A stretch of DNA of 64,000 nt from Leptospiraceae bacterium (lineage in GTDB: Bacteria > Spirochaetota > Leptospiria > Leptospirales > Leptonemataceae), in NCBI GenBank assembly GCA_040217195.1, contig JAVJNR010000008.1:512001-576000 (forward strand), written 5' to 3'. The notes beneath the pieces were generated by a model. The model had not been told where the DNA came from. It did no database searches and saw only the letters and a program-made list of their open reading frames with translations. The translations under genes were made by a program, and so were the position numbers. Each line of letters starts with the position of its first letter. Position 1 is the stretch's first letter. Below, one piece after another: positions 9,469 through 19,269 of this stretch.

Positions 9469-9904
9469 ATCAGGGTCGGAAAATCTATTATTCTTGATGA
9501 GTCAAATTCGAAGCAGCACCAACCGCATTCTTGTACAGGAAATGGAGCGCAGAGGAATTCGAAATGTATCCCCCGCCGACGGCGATGTCCTTTATGTGGT
9601 GGCTCGGTATCAACCTGTAGAAATGGGTGAGATATCCAAGCACACACATCGAGACAAATCGACCATAGCTGGTACGGTGAAAGGGTTGGTAATGAAGGGA
9701 TATGTAACCCGGACTCGGGCCAGGGAGGATTTTCGCAAATACAACGTCAGGCTTACCCGGAAAGCTATCTTACTTGCCCCGATTCTAAGAGAAATTTCCG
9801 AATCTTTTCGTGGAAGCCTCTTAAAAGGTTTCAAAAAGGAAGAAGTTTATTTGCTGGGGCAGTTTCTAGAAAGAATGCAGAGCAACTTAGAGGATTCTGA
9901 ATAG
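9464..9904 (+). CDS. MarR family transcriptional regulator
   Basis: wHTH pattern EISKHTHRDKSTIAGTVKGLVMKGYVTR; wing EDFRKYNVRLTRK. Confidence 0.92.
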   Translation: MGSGSENLLFLMSQIRSSTNRILVQEMERRGIRNVSPADGDVLYVVARYQPVEMGEISKHTHRDKSTIAGTVKGLVMKGYVTRTRAREDFRKYNVRLTRKAILLAPILREISESFRGSLLKGFKKEEVYLLGQFLERMQSNLEDSE

Positions 9905-9969
9905 CCAGGATTTTCGGGTAATCTGCTGTTTAAAATCAATCGCAACTCAATGTTGAAAGAGGTGAGAGA

Positions 9970-10371
9970 ATGGAATTCAAAGAGGGCGGAATATTTGAGC
10001 ATAGCAGAAGTTTCAGTCGGCAGGCCATTCTGCAATTTGCGGAATTGACCGGCGATCATGGGGCGCACCACACAGACCATACTGACAGGATCATGGCTCA
10101 TGGGTTGCTTGTAGCAAGCATCGTCACCAAAATCGGAGGCGATATGAATTACATTTCTTCCGACATGTCCATGGAATTTCGGGAACCAGTGTACGAAGAC
10201 GAAGAAATCACCGGCCGGTTAACCCTGGTCCGAGTGAAGGATGGAAAGCTTCGTACCAAACTGGAAATGAAATGCGAAGTACTGAAGGCGGATGGTACTG
10301 TTGTAGTGAATGGTAGCAGCCGCGGACAGGTCCTAAAAAAGTCCATTCTGTCCAGACGGAAGGGAATATAA
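9970..10371 (+). CDS. MaoC-like hotdog-fold (R)-enoyl-CoA hydratase
   Basis: FAELTGDHGAHH (D-x4-H), MAHGLL, FREPVYEDE. Confidence 0.88.
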   Translation: MEFKEGGIFEHSRSFSRQAILQFAELTGDHGAHHTDHTDRIMAHGLLVASIVTKIGGDMNYISSDMSMEFREPVYEDEEITGRLTLVRVKDGKLRTKLEMKCEVLKADGTVVVNGSSRGQVLKKSILSRRKGI

Positions 10372-10525
10372 TTCTTCCTCCCAGCCCGGACACTGGAATT
10401 CTTAAAGGATGGGGCAATGGGAACCAAATCAGCGGGTGGAACTCTGGAAAGACTTGCAGATATATTACATTCTTTTTCTAAATGACCAAACTTTTTATGA
10501 CAATCAAAGTAAAGGACAGCTCTAA

Positions 10526-11779
10526 ATGAACCTAGAAAACAAGCGAATTCAATTCAAGGCAAGATCAGAAACCTACCCTGGTTGCAGGATCGGGCAATCC
10601 ATCATTGGAGTTATGGATAAAATGCTTGGGCAGACATTTCGCTGCCTTCGCCTGGATTCAACACTCTTGACGTCGGGCTCCTTTCGTAGAAGACCGCTAG
10701 CATACATCTTTTCCGGGACCCTTTTGCTTACATTACTATTGAGTTGTGCAAGTCTGCCCCCTGCACCGCAGAGCAGTTGCCAGCAAATTCCAGTGGGCCC
10801 TGGCCCAGAAGACTTTGCCCTGGATTTTTCCCGGGGGGCCGGGAAGCCACGCATCCTGGTATCAAGCCACGAACGACGGGGCTGGGAACGCGGCGAAATA
10901 TACACCGTGAACCTTGATTCTACTTCGGAGCTCTCTGCAACAATACTTCCCCGTCATGGCGAGCCGGAAGGGCTTTTCTTTTCACCCCATGGAATGGACA
11001 TTCGCAACGTAGAAGGACAACCCAGACTATATATAATTAATCATGGTCCTGACGAAGTTGAGGGTCCCCATCACGTGCTAGTTTATCGCATTCTTCCGGA
11101 GGCCCTGGAGTTTCTTGGATCGACCACTTCCGAGTTTTTCTACTCTCCCAATGACCTGGCAATCGATGACCGCGGAGGTTTCTATGTCTCCAACGACGCT
11201 CGTAACCGGGGCAGTCTGCTGGAGCTGGCACTATCGTTACGTAATTCTTCGGTGGTGTTCTGCAAGCCCGGCAGCATCCGTCCAGGTCCTCTGGCTTCAG
11301 CAGAGGAAACACCAGAAATGTGTATACTGGCCGCCGAGGATTTGGCCTCCGCAAACGGTGTGGCCATCCAGAGGAGCCCCCAGGGCAATTCTGATTCAGG
11401 AAAGGTATTCGTTGCCACAAGCCGGGGGAACAGCCTTTATGTTTTTAGCCGGGAAGACAGCGGTAAACTGGTGGACCGGAAACCTATTTTCGAGGCTCCC
11501 ATACTGGACAATCTATTCTTCGATAACGATGGTAGACGACTGCTGGTTGCTTCTCATCCCAGCGGATTGGCCTTTCTAAGGCACTTGAAGGATGGAACTG
11601 TACCTTCCCCGTCCGTAGTGTACGGAGTGAATCTTGAAAACGGAAGCTCGGAAACCCTTTATTCTAATTCAGGGGAAGAACTGTCCGCCGCCTCCGGAGC
11701 TTTCCATTACAAGGGCCAGTTGTTCATTTCCCAGGTCTTTGAACCTTTTCTGTTACGCTGTAAAAGCTCCGGGCGATAG
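10526..11779 (+). CDS. paraoxonase/arylesterase-like six-bladed beta-propeller lipoprotein (real start probably 10613 or later)
   Basis: GPEDF, FSPHGMDI, YIINH, SPNDL, ANGVAI, LDNL, VASHP motifs; lipobox LLSC. Confidence 0.85.
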   Translation: MNLENKRIQFKARSETYPGCRIGQSIIGVMDKMLGQTFRCLRLDSTLLTSGSFRRRPLAYIFSGTLLLTLLLSCASLPPAPQSSCQQIPVGPGPEDFALDFSRGAGKPRILVSSHERRGWERGEIYTVNLDSTSELSATILPRHGEPEGLFFSPHGMDIRNVEGQPRLYIINHGPDEVEGPHHVLVYRILPEALEFLGSTTSEFFYSPNDLAIDDRGGFYVSNDARNRGSLLELALSLRNSSVVFCKPGSIRPGPLASAEETPEMCILAAEDLASANGVAIQRSPQGNSDSGKVFVATSRGNSLYVFSREDSGKLVDRKPIFEAPILDNLFFDNDGRRLLVASHPSGLAFLRHLKDGTVPSPSVVYGVNLENGSSETLYSNSGEELSAASGAFHYKGQLFISQVFEPFLLRCKSSGR

Positions 11780-11940
11780 TTCTTATGCATTCTCGCTGCC
11801 AGAGCCCTTGAAAGCGCGACACCTACTCAGGAATTTCCGTTCCTGCGGGCCCCCGGTTTATTTGCCCAATCCGGGGGCCGGAGCATCCAGCATGTTCAAC
11901 GAAAGAGTCACTAACGAGTATTAGTGTCCACGGCAGGCGA

Positions 11941-12374
11941 ACAGCCTCGCCCGGTTCGCCTTATGATCCGCGTCCGCTGTTTACTCGAACCCGCGCCGAG
12001 ATACAGCCCGGTCCGGTTCGCCTTATGACCCGCATCCGCTGTTTACTCGAATCCGTGCAGAGATACAGCCTGGCCCGGTTCGCCTTATGATCCGCGCCAG
12101 CTGTTTAACCGAACCCGCGCGGAGATACAGCCTGGCCCGGTTCCCCTTATGATCCGCGTCCGCTGTTTACTCGAACCCGCGCCGAGATACAGCCCGGTCC
12201 GGTTCGCCTTATGACCCGCATCCGCTTTTTACTCGAATCCGTGCAGAGATACAGCCTGGCCCGGTTCGCCTTATGATCCGCGCCAGCTGTTTAACCGAAC
12301 CCGCGCGGAGATACAGCCTGGCCCGGTTCGCCTTATGACCCGCGTCCGCTGTTTAACCGAACCCGCGCGGAAAC
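11941..12374. repeat. intergenic tandem repeat, 62-bp unit x7, with 186-bp higher-order periodicity
   Basis: Units start at 11941, 12003, 12065, 12127, 12189, 12251, 12313; unit 3 equals unit 6, unit 2 and unit 5 differ at 1 nt, unit 1 and unit 4 differ at 2 nt. Confidence 0.97.
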
Positions 12375-12480
12375 ACGATTCGGAGAAGCGGCCTGACGAT
12401 CCGTCCGTTTTCCGTCGCAGCCTATCTAAGCCCCTCATTCCGGTTGTCAGCCAGGGTGCGGTGCAAAATTCTGACATAGT

Positions 12481-14076
12481 ATGCAACATACAGTCTTAAT
12501 TTCAGACAAATTTGATAAAGAAGGTGTAGAGCGGTTAAAATCCTCGGGAAAATTTGAAGTTGTTTATAAAGAAGGACATACCCGAGAAGAAATGCTCTCT
12601 GTTATTGATCAGGCAGAGGCCCTGATCATTCGGTCCGCCACAAAAGCGGATAAAGAAGTTATCGAAAAAGCATCCAAACTGAAACTAATCATTCGAGCCG
12701 GTGTGGGAGTAGATAATATAGACATTCCCGAAGCATCCAGACGGGGTATCATTGTAATGAATGCTCCTGGCGGTAACTCCGTTTCCACCGCTGAGCAAGC
12801 AATTTCGCTAATCACCTCCATGTCGCGAAACATCCCTCAGGCCAATCAATCCATGCATGAAGGAAAATGGGAGAAGAAGAAATTCAAAGGAACAGAGCTC
12901 ACAGGTAAGACTCTGGGCGTTGTGGGTCTGGGACGAATTGGCAAAGAAGTTGTAAAACGAGCCAAAGGCCTTCGCATGAATGTTCTGGGCTTTGATCCAT
13001 ACATTCCTGCAGAAGCACTTTCCCATCTGGAAATCGACATCGTTTCCCGTGAAGAAATCATCAAGCAATCTGACTTCATCACTGTACACACCCCACTGAC
13101 AGATACCACCAGGGACTTCGTAAACAAAGACAACCTGAAGGATCTAAAGAAGGGAGTGAGGCTGATTAACTGCGCCCGGGGCGGTATTTACAACGAGGAA
13201 GCAGTTCTGGAAGGCTTGAAGTCTGGCCAGATTGCAGGAGCAGCCCTGGATGTATTCACTCAGGAGCCCGTGCCTGCGGATTTTCCCCTTCTAGGAATGG
13301 AAAATGTGATCCTGACTCCTCACCTCGGAGCCTCCACTGGAGAAGCAGAATTCGCAGTGGCAATGGAAAGTATTGATGAACTGATTGAGTTCTTTGATAC
13401 CGGAGTGGCTCGGAATGCCTTGAATTTTCCTTCTATTGATCCGGACAGTCTGGACTATCTGAAGCCATTCTTCGAAGGTGGTGAAAGAGCCGGTAAGCTT
13501 CTGGCTCATTTTGTAGGCGGCGATGTTAAAACCGTAGAAATGAACTACAAAGGTACCATTGCTGATTACAAGTGCGATCCAGTAACCACTGCCATCCTGA
13601 AAGGAGTGCTCAGTGTATCTCTGGGAAATGATCAATTAAACTATGTGAACGCCCCAGTCTTTGCCAAAGAACGTGGTATTCGGGTGCATGAAAACAAATC
13701 CGAAGATCCGGACACTTACAAAAGCAGCGTTGACATAAAGCTAGAAGCAACCTCCGGAAAGACGGCTACATTGAAGTTCACGGCCATTAATTCAGATCCT
13801 CTGGTAGTTTCCATGAATGAACTGCCCATCGAATTCAAGCCGGAAGGAATTCTAGTCCTCTGCGAAAACAACGATGTTCCTGGGGTTGTAGGTTCCATTG
13901 GATCCTTCCTCGGGCAGGAAAACGTAAACATTGCAAGCATTGAACTTGCTCGCAAGAAAGGCGGTAATGCTCGATCCGTTCTGGTTGTGGATGATCTACT
14001 AACTGCAGATCAACTACAACGAATGAATGAGCTGAGCCATATTGTAACCGCCATCCAGGTAGACCTGAGAAGTTAA
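12481..14076 (+). CDS. serA: D-3-phosphoglycerate dehydrogenase (type I, with ASB and ACT domains)
   Basis: [32 protein letters not shown]-terminal ACT ([12 protein letters not shown]). Confidence 0.97.
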   Translation: MQHTVLISDKFDKEGVERLKSSGKFEVVYKEGHTREEMLSVIDQAEALIIRSATKADKEVIEKASKLKLIIRAGVGVDNIDIPEASRRGIIVMNAPGGNSVSTAEQAISLITSMSRNIPQANQSMHEGKWEKKKFKGTELTGKTLGVVGLGRIGKEVVKRAKGLRMNVLGFDPYIPAEALSHLEIDIVSREEIIKQSDFITVHTPLTDTTRDFVNKDNLKDLKKGVRLINCARGGIYNEEAVLEGLKSGQIAGAALDVFTQEPVPADFPLLGMENVILTPHLGASTGEAEFAVAMESIDELIEFFDTGVARNALNFPSIDPDSLDYLKPFFEGGERAGKLLAHFVGGDVKTVEMNYKGTIADYKCDPVTTAILKGVLSVSLGNDQLNYVNAPVFAKERGIRVHENKSEDPDTYKSSVDIKLEATSGKTATLKFTAINSDPLVVSMNELPIEFKPEGILVLCENNDVPGVVGSIGSFLGQENVNIASIELARKKGGNARSVLVVDDLLTADQLQRMNELSHIVTAIQVDLRS

Positions 14077-14129
14077 CCTGGTGCACGAAAATTGGACAAT
14101 GGTTGCCAGCAGTAATGGTGGCCAGATCT

Positions 14130-14166
14130 AGAAAAAAAACGGCCCCCAGGGGTTGGTCTTTTTTCT
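14130..14166. terminator. probable bidirectional intrinsic terminator between convergent serA and MCP genes
   Basis: A-tract, ggcccc-ca-ggggtt stem, T-tract (agaaaaaaaacggcccccaggggttggtcttttttct). Confidence 0.55.
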
Positions 14167-14202
14167 GGAACGGACAAGTAGACTGGCTACGGAACAGATC
14201 TT

Positions 14203-16338
14203 CTAAGCCTGAGTGCGAGTCACAAGATTCTGTGCTCCGGTGCGCAGTCTTTCTGAGATAGCCCCCAGCTTCTGATTTGCCTCATTTAAGGTAGCTGCCA
14301 TCTGAGAGATTCGTTGAACAGTAGATCGGCCTTCCTGCATGGAAGCCAGCTGCTCGGAGGCCTCCACAGCTATCTCTCTGGATTTCTGATTAAGCTCCAC
14401 AGTATGTTTTTCAATTACATCCACTACCTGGTTTTGTTGCTCTACAGAGCCAGCCATTTCAGACAAACTTTCCTGCACTTTTTGAATATCCTGCGCCAGT
14501 CGCTCTACGAAGCCCACCGTGGATTCAGCCGAGCGCGCCCCGCCTACAATGGACTTCTGAATTTGATCTACACGACTTGAAATCTCCCTGGAACGGCCGC
14601 TGGTCTGCTCTGCCAGTTTGCCCACCTCATCGGCTACCACTTCAAATCCCCGTCCAAACTCTCCAGCTCGGGCTGCCTCAATCGAAGCATTGAGAGATAA
14701 CATATTTACTTTTTCTGTAATCTCACCAATGACTTTTACCAGATCAGCGATGGATTTGCCGCCCTGTTCAATTTCAGAGATTTGTCCCTGCAGGCTCTTC
14801 AGATGTTTACTCACATCTGCAAATACAACTTTCATTTCTTCCACGGATTGATTACTACGGTGGCTCTTTTCGATGACAGCATCATGGGCGCTTCGCAGCT
14901 CCTGCACCCGATTCTGCATCTGTTGCCCCGACCTGGATTGTCCTTCCATGGAGCGATGAATACCTTCCGTAACCTGAGTCAGTCCTTCAATAGATGCGAA
15001 TACCTCTTCGCTGGCTGTGGCCTGATCGGAAGACATCTCCGAAAGCTGCTCCACGAGCTGGCTTTGCTCCGTGGCTACTTCCTGAAGTTCACTGGCAGTG
15101 GAGGTTGCTTCCTGTAGCGCCGTTTGAAGGGATGTCTTCTGTTTTTCCAGGTCCTCCCTTTCCTGCTTAAGGTCTGCGTTTAATTCGCGAATTCTATCTG
15201 CCAGTCCCAGAGAAAGCAGTACCACCTGAAAAACCAGACCGGCAGGTATGGCCATACGAGTAAGTAGATTGGTAGGTATCCAACCAGGAACCGATGCTGC
15301 GAAAATCAATACAGCCACAAGCATGCCAGACCAGGAAATCAAAAACACTCGAGCAGGTCGGAAGCCTGCCCGGCTACCCTTGAAGGCCGTGATAAACAAT
15401 ATGGGCACAAAGGTAACTACCAGAAGCATACCAGCAATGATCGCATAGATATAGGCCGGAATCAAAGAAAGGGGCAGCAATAGAATGAACAGTGCTAAAT
15501 AGGCCAGGATGATCTTATGAAGTACAGGTGCGTACTTCTTTGGAGTGAGAAAATCCAGAACGAAGGTCCCCAGAAAAATCAATGCCAGAGACATTCCAAT
15601 TGGAACTGACCTCTCCGCCAGGTAAGGCCAATGCCCCAGTCCGGTCAGGTTGATTAGCCCCATCTCGGAGGCCATAAAGAAGAGGATAGCCAGCAAATAA
15701 GCACTATAGGAAAGGTAAACTCGATCTCGCAGAGAGAAAAATAACAGCAAATTATAGAAGAATATAATCAGAATTCCACCGTAGTACAGACCGGTTACAA
15801 GTCTGAGCTGGGCCGTATTCTTGTAGAACTCTTCCGGCTGCCAGACCTGCACGGGAAACTTGATTGAATCTCCGCTGGTTGCCCTTGCATAGACCTCCAA
15901 TCTTTCGCCAGCTTCCAGCTCCACTGGCAATACAAAGGTTGCATGCTCCACCGGCCGGCTGTCCACTCCTCGGCCACGACCGGTGGAATAGATTTGTCCG
16001 TTAGATAGAAATACATCCAGCTCATCGTAGAGAGGATGCCCGAACTGCAGAAACCAGCGTCCTCCCTTTTCAGGAGCCATTAGCGAAAAGCGGATCCAAA
16101 CAGCATCCCTGGTTAAGCCAAAACCTGTACCAAGATCGGCCCGACTCTGGAAGCTTTTGCTTCGCACCGCCGGATAGCTTTCTTCAGTCGACGAATCCAG
16201 CCAGAACTCCATATCCGAGTCCTTGAGAACCGGGGCCGATGCATCGGTTCCGGGCATTATCACCGGCTCTGCCAGGGCAGGTATGGGAAGCGAAATTATT
16301 GCCAGGAAAACAATGAAAAATTTATGGGAAACAGACAT
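14203..16338 (-). CDS. methyl-accepting chemotaxis protein with 7TMR-DISMED2 and 7TM sensor domains
   Basis: GFGLTRDAVWIRF, GLYYGGILIIFFYNLLLFFSLRD, 7 TM segments, signalling tip [36 protein letters not shown] 16338 with GGAG. Confidence 0.93.
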   Translation of the reverse strand: MSVSHKFFIVFLAIISLPIPALAEPVIMPGTDASAPVLKDSDMEFWLDSSTEESYPAVRSKSFQSRADLGTGFGLTRDAVWIRFSLMAPEKGGRWFLQFGHPLYDELDVFLSNGQIYSTGRGRGVDSRPVEHATFVLPVELEAGERLEVYARATSGDSIKFPVQVWQPEEFYKNTAQLRLVTGLYYGGILIIFFYNLLLFFSLRDRVYLSYSAYLLAILFFMASEMGLINLTGLGHWPYLAERSVPIGMSLALIFLGTFVLDFLTPKKYAPVLHKIILAYLALFILLLPLSLIPAYIYAIIAGMLLVVTFVPILFITAFKGSRAGFRPARVFLISWSGMLVAVLIFAASVPGWIPTNLLTRMAIPAGLVFQVVLLSLGLADRIRELNADLKQEREDLEKQKTSLQTALQEATSTASELQEVATEQSQLVEQLSEMSSDQATASEEVFASIEGLTQVTEGIHRSMEGQSRSGQQMQNRVQELRSAHDAVIEKSHRSNQSVEEMKVVFADVSKHLKSLQGQISEIEQGGKSIADLVKVIGEITEKVNMLSLNASIEAARAGEFGRGFEVVADEVGKLAEQTSGRSREISSRVDQIQKSIVGGARSAESTVGFVERLAQDIQKVQESLSEMAGSVEQQNQVVDVIEKHTVELNQKSREIAVEASEQLASMQEGRSTVQRISQMAATLNEANQKLGAISERLRTGAQNLVTRTQA

Positions 16339-16471
16339 GTAATCAGAAAACTCCCCCTCCGGCTTAGTGCCGTGCCGTCCCCGGGAAAAGCCTTTTTCCT
16401 GCACTTCCCGGGCGCGCTATTGGGAAAATCCTTTGACTCCAGATCATTGGCGCAGGATTCGGATTATAACC

Positions 16472-16545
16472 GCTCCGGTAGCTCAGCTGGATAGAGTGAC
16501 GGACTTCGAATCCGGAGGTCGCAGGTTCGAATCCTGCTCGGAGCA
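16472..16545 (+). tRNA. tRNA-Arg(UCG), CCA not encoded
   Basis: Acceptor GCTCCGG/TCGGAGC, D-loop with GGA (A20), anticodon loop CT-TCG-AA, T-arm GCAGG-TTCGAAT-CCTGC. Confidence 0.95.
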
Positions 16546-16560
16546 CAATTCACTTTCCGG

Positions 16561-16590
16561 TTGACCGGTTTTGCGAAATCAGTGTAAACT
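16561..16590 (+). promoter_or_regulatory. candidate sigma70 promoter for pckA
   Basis: TTGACC-18 bp-TAAACT about 70 nt upstream of ATG. Confidence 0.4.
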
Positions 16591-16659
16591 GGCGGCCACT
16601 TCGGAATTAAGTTCCTAATTTGCCGAAAGTGACAGGGACGACATTCCCGGGAGAGATCA

Positions 16660-18240
16660 ATGAAAACTATGGTAAAAATTCCCGGCATTGAAAACACGCC
16701 GGTTATATACAGAAACCTCAGCTTTGATGAGATTTTCGAGCATGAAAAGAAAAATGGCGAAACCAGCCTGACTGCTCAGGGAGCCATGACCGTGGACACC
16801 GGTATTTTCACCGGGCGCTCCCCTAAAGATAAGTTCTTCGTGAAAGAACCAGTCGCTGAAAAAGACCTGTGGTGGGGAAACATCAACCAGGAAGTATCTG
16901 AAGATGTTTTTAACGAACTACTGGCGCAGGTACAATCGCATCTCAGCGAAAAGCCTCTATATGTATTCGACGGATATGCTGGCGCTCGAAAGTCGACTCG
17001 GATGGTCCTGAGAGTGGTAACGGAGAAAGCATGGCAGCACCATTTCTGCACTAATATGTTTATCCGTCCTACAGACTCCGAACTGGAATCCCTGGAACCA
17101 GATTTTACTATCCTGAATGCTTCTGGCTTCAAGGACATAGACTGGAAGAAGCATGGACTGCATTCCGAGGTATTCGTTCTGTTTCACCTGGGCCGTAAAC
17201 TGGCCATTATTGGTGGTACGGAATATGGCGGAGAAATGAAGAAAGGTATCTTCTCCGTAATGAATTTCTACAAGCCTCTGGAAGGCATCCTTACCATGCA
17301 TTGCTCTGCAAACGTAGGCAAAGACCGAAACGATGCAGCCCTGTTCTTTGGACTGTCAGGTACAGGAAAAACAACTCTCTCCACGGATCCAAAGCGTCCC
17401 CTGATTGGTGATGATGAACATGGATGGGATGATGAAGGAATCTGGAACCTGGAAGGTGGATGCTATGCAAAAGTAATCAACCTCAACCCGGATGACGAAC
17501 CAGACATCTATGCTGCCATCAAAAAAGATGCTCTCCTGGAAAATGTAGTTCTGGAAAACGATGGTAGAGTAAACTACGGCGATGGTTCCAAAACAGAGAA
17601 CACTCGAGTTAGTTATCCAATTCATCACATCCCGAATCGGATTGAAAGTGGAGTTGCCGGTCAGCCGGAAAACATAATCTTTCTAACCTGCGACGCATTT
17701 GGAGTTCTTCCTCCAGTAGCAAGACTGACTCCCGAGCAGGCCATGTATCATTTCCTTTCAGGATATACTGCCAAGGTAGCCGGAACGGAACGCGGAATTA
17801 CCGAGCCCCAGGCAACATTCTCCGCTTGCTTCGGTGCTGCCTTTATGACTCTGCATCCGACTCGCTATGCCAAACTGCTGGGCGAAAAAATGAAAAAGCA
17901 TAATACTCGTGCCTGGTTGGTAAACACGGGCTGGGCTGGCGGTCCTTATGGCGTGGGTCAGAGAATGAAGATCAAGCTCACTCGCTCTATCATTGATGGT
18001 ATCTTCGACAAGTCCCTGGATCATGACGATTACACTCATGATGATGTAATGAATCTGCAGATCCCCAATAAACTGCATGATTACGATAAGCAGGTGCTTC
18101 ATCCCTGGGAATCCTGGTCCAAGAAAGAGGACTACGAAGCTCAGCGCAAAAAACTGGCTGCCATGTTCGTTAAGAATTTCGAACAGTACATCCAGGGCGG
18201 TGCTGAATTCGATTTTACAGAGTTCGGACCCAAGGTTTAA
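16660..18240 (+). CDS. pckA: phosphoenolpyruvate carboxykinase (ATP)
   Basis: [56 protein letters not shown]. Confidence 0.98.
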   Translation: MKTMVKIPGIENTPVIYRNLSFDEIFEHEKKNGETSLTAQGAMTVDTGIFTGRSPKDKFFVKEPVAEKDLWWGNINQEVSEDVFNELLAQVQSHLSEKPLYVFDGYAGARKSTRMVLRVVTEKAWQHHFCTNMFIRPTDSELESLEPDFTILNASGFKDIDWKKHGLHSEVFVLFHLGRKLAIIGGTEYGGEMKKGIFSVMNFYKPLEGILTMHCSANVGKDRNDAALFFGLSGTGKTTLSTDPKRPLIGDDEHGWDDEGIWNLEGGCYAKVINLNPDDEPDIYAAIKKDALLENVVLENDGRVNYGDGSKTENTRVSYPIHHIPNRIESGVAGQPENIIFLTCDAFGVLPPVARLTPEQAMYHFLSGYTAKVAGTERGITEPQATFSACFGAAFMTLHPTRYAKLLGEKMKKHNTRAWLVNTGWAGGPYGVGQRMKIKLTRSIIDGIFDKSLDHDDYTHDDVMNLQIPNKLHDYDKQVLHPWESWSKKEDYEAQRKKLAAMFVKNFEQYIQGGAEFDFTEFGPKV

Positions 18241-18260
18241 TTCACCCGACTTCTGAATGG

Positions 18261-18296
18261 AAGGCCTCCTGCCTACGGGCTCAGGGGGCCTTTTTT
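18261..18296 (+). terminator. intrinsic terminator of pckA
   Basis: aaggcctcctg ... cagggggcctt stem followed by T-tract. Confidence 0.85.
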
Positions 18297-18419
18297 GTTT
18301 CTGGTTTCTCCTGCACTCTGTACCAGGCCCGGAGGCGGATTTTCTCATTGATCACTAACGAATCGACGGAAGCTCTGGTAGCATTTTAATGACAACTCTC
18401 AAAAGCCCGTACACATTTG

Positions 18420-19253
18420 ATGCAGAATAGACAACAAAAGCTGAGGTTACTGCTTGCCTTAACGAAACGAGATTACGTGGTTCAGTTTGCTGGAGCTGGG
18501 CTGGGGATTGGCTGGCTTTTTATTCAGTACCTATTTCAGATCGCACTATTCTATTTGATCTTCGGCGTAGTTCTGGGCGGCGATTCCTCTGATCTGGGCC
18601 TGGAATCACGAAGGCTTACCGGACCGGGATTTTTGAATTATCTGCTGGGAGCCATGACTCTGTGGCTTCCGCTATCGGAAATGATTCAGCGGTCTGGCTC
18701 CATACTGTCTGAGAACCGAGCATTGATTCGTAGAACTCCTGGTGCCCTGGATGCCATGTCGGCGGTGCCGTTGCTTCAGGGACTATTTCACTTCACAATT
18801 CTATTTGTGGCATCCAGTGCAATTGCATGGCTGGGACCTTTACTCGGTCCGGTTTCTACAGCCAATGCTGCTACCGGGGATGCCTACCCGCCCTTTAGCT
18901 TTATTCTGGCCTATGGCACCGGCATCCTGTTTCTGTTGATCTGCTTTCCTCTATCTCTTTATCTTCAAAGGACCTCTGTGCTGCTCAAGGACCTTTCCCC
19001 GATTTTGAGATTACTTCTTCAGATTCTTTTCTGGTCCACGCCCATGGTGTATGTCATCCATCGAACAGACATTCTCAGTATTATGAGCTGGAATCCGCTG
19101 TTCTGCATGGTAGATGTTCAACGCTATCTAAGCTACGGCCTGGAGTTGCAGATCACTTCCTTTGCTGGACTTATCTGCCTGGTTCTACTTAGCGGTCTGG
19201 CCGGGCTGCTATCAAGATTCCGACTGAGGGAGGTCAGCGCCGATTTCCTTTAG
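18420..19253 (+). CDS. wzm: ABC-2 polysaccharide exporter permease (Wzm-like)
   Basis: RDYVVQFAGAGLGIGW, KDLSPIL, LFWSTPMVY, WNPL motifs; multiple TMs; upstream of Wzt. Confidence 0.88.
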   Translation: MQNRQQKLRLLLALTKRDYVVQFAGAGLGIGWLFIQYLFQIALFYLIFGVVLGGDSSDLGLESRRLTGPGFLNYLLGAMTLWLPLSEMIQRSGSILSENRALIRRTPGALDAMSAVPLLQGLFHFTILFVASSAIAWLGPLLGPVSTANAATGDAYPPFSFILAYGTGILFLLICFPLSLYLQRTSVLLKDLSPILRLLLQILFWSTPMVYVIHRTDILSIMSWNPLFCMVDVQRYLSYGLELQITSFAGLICLVLLSGLAGLLSRFRLREVSADFL

Positions 19254-19269
19254 AGAGTCGCTGCAGGCA

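Noticed and set aside
11941..12374. 62-bp array as a CRISPR array
   Set aside because: Units are contiguous and similar along their whole length; no unique spacers and no cas genes in the window
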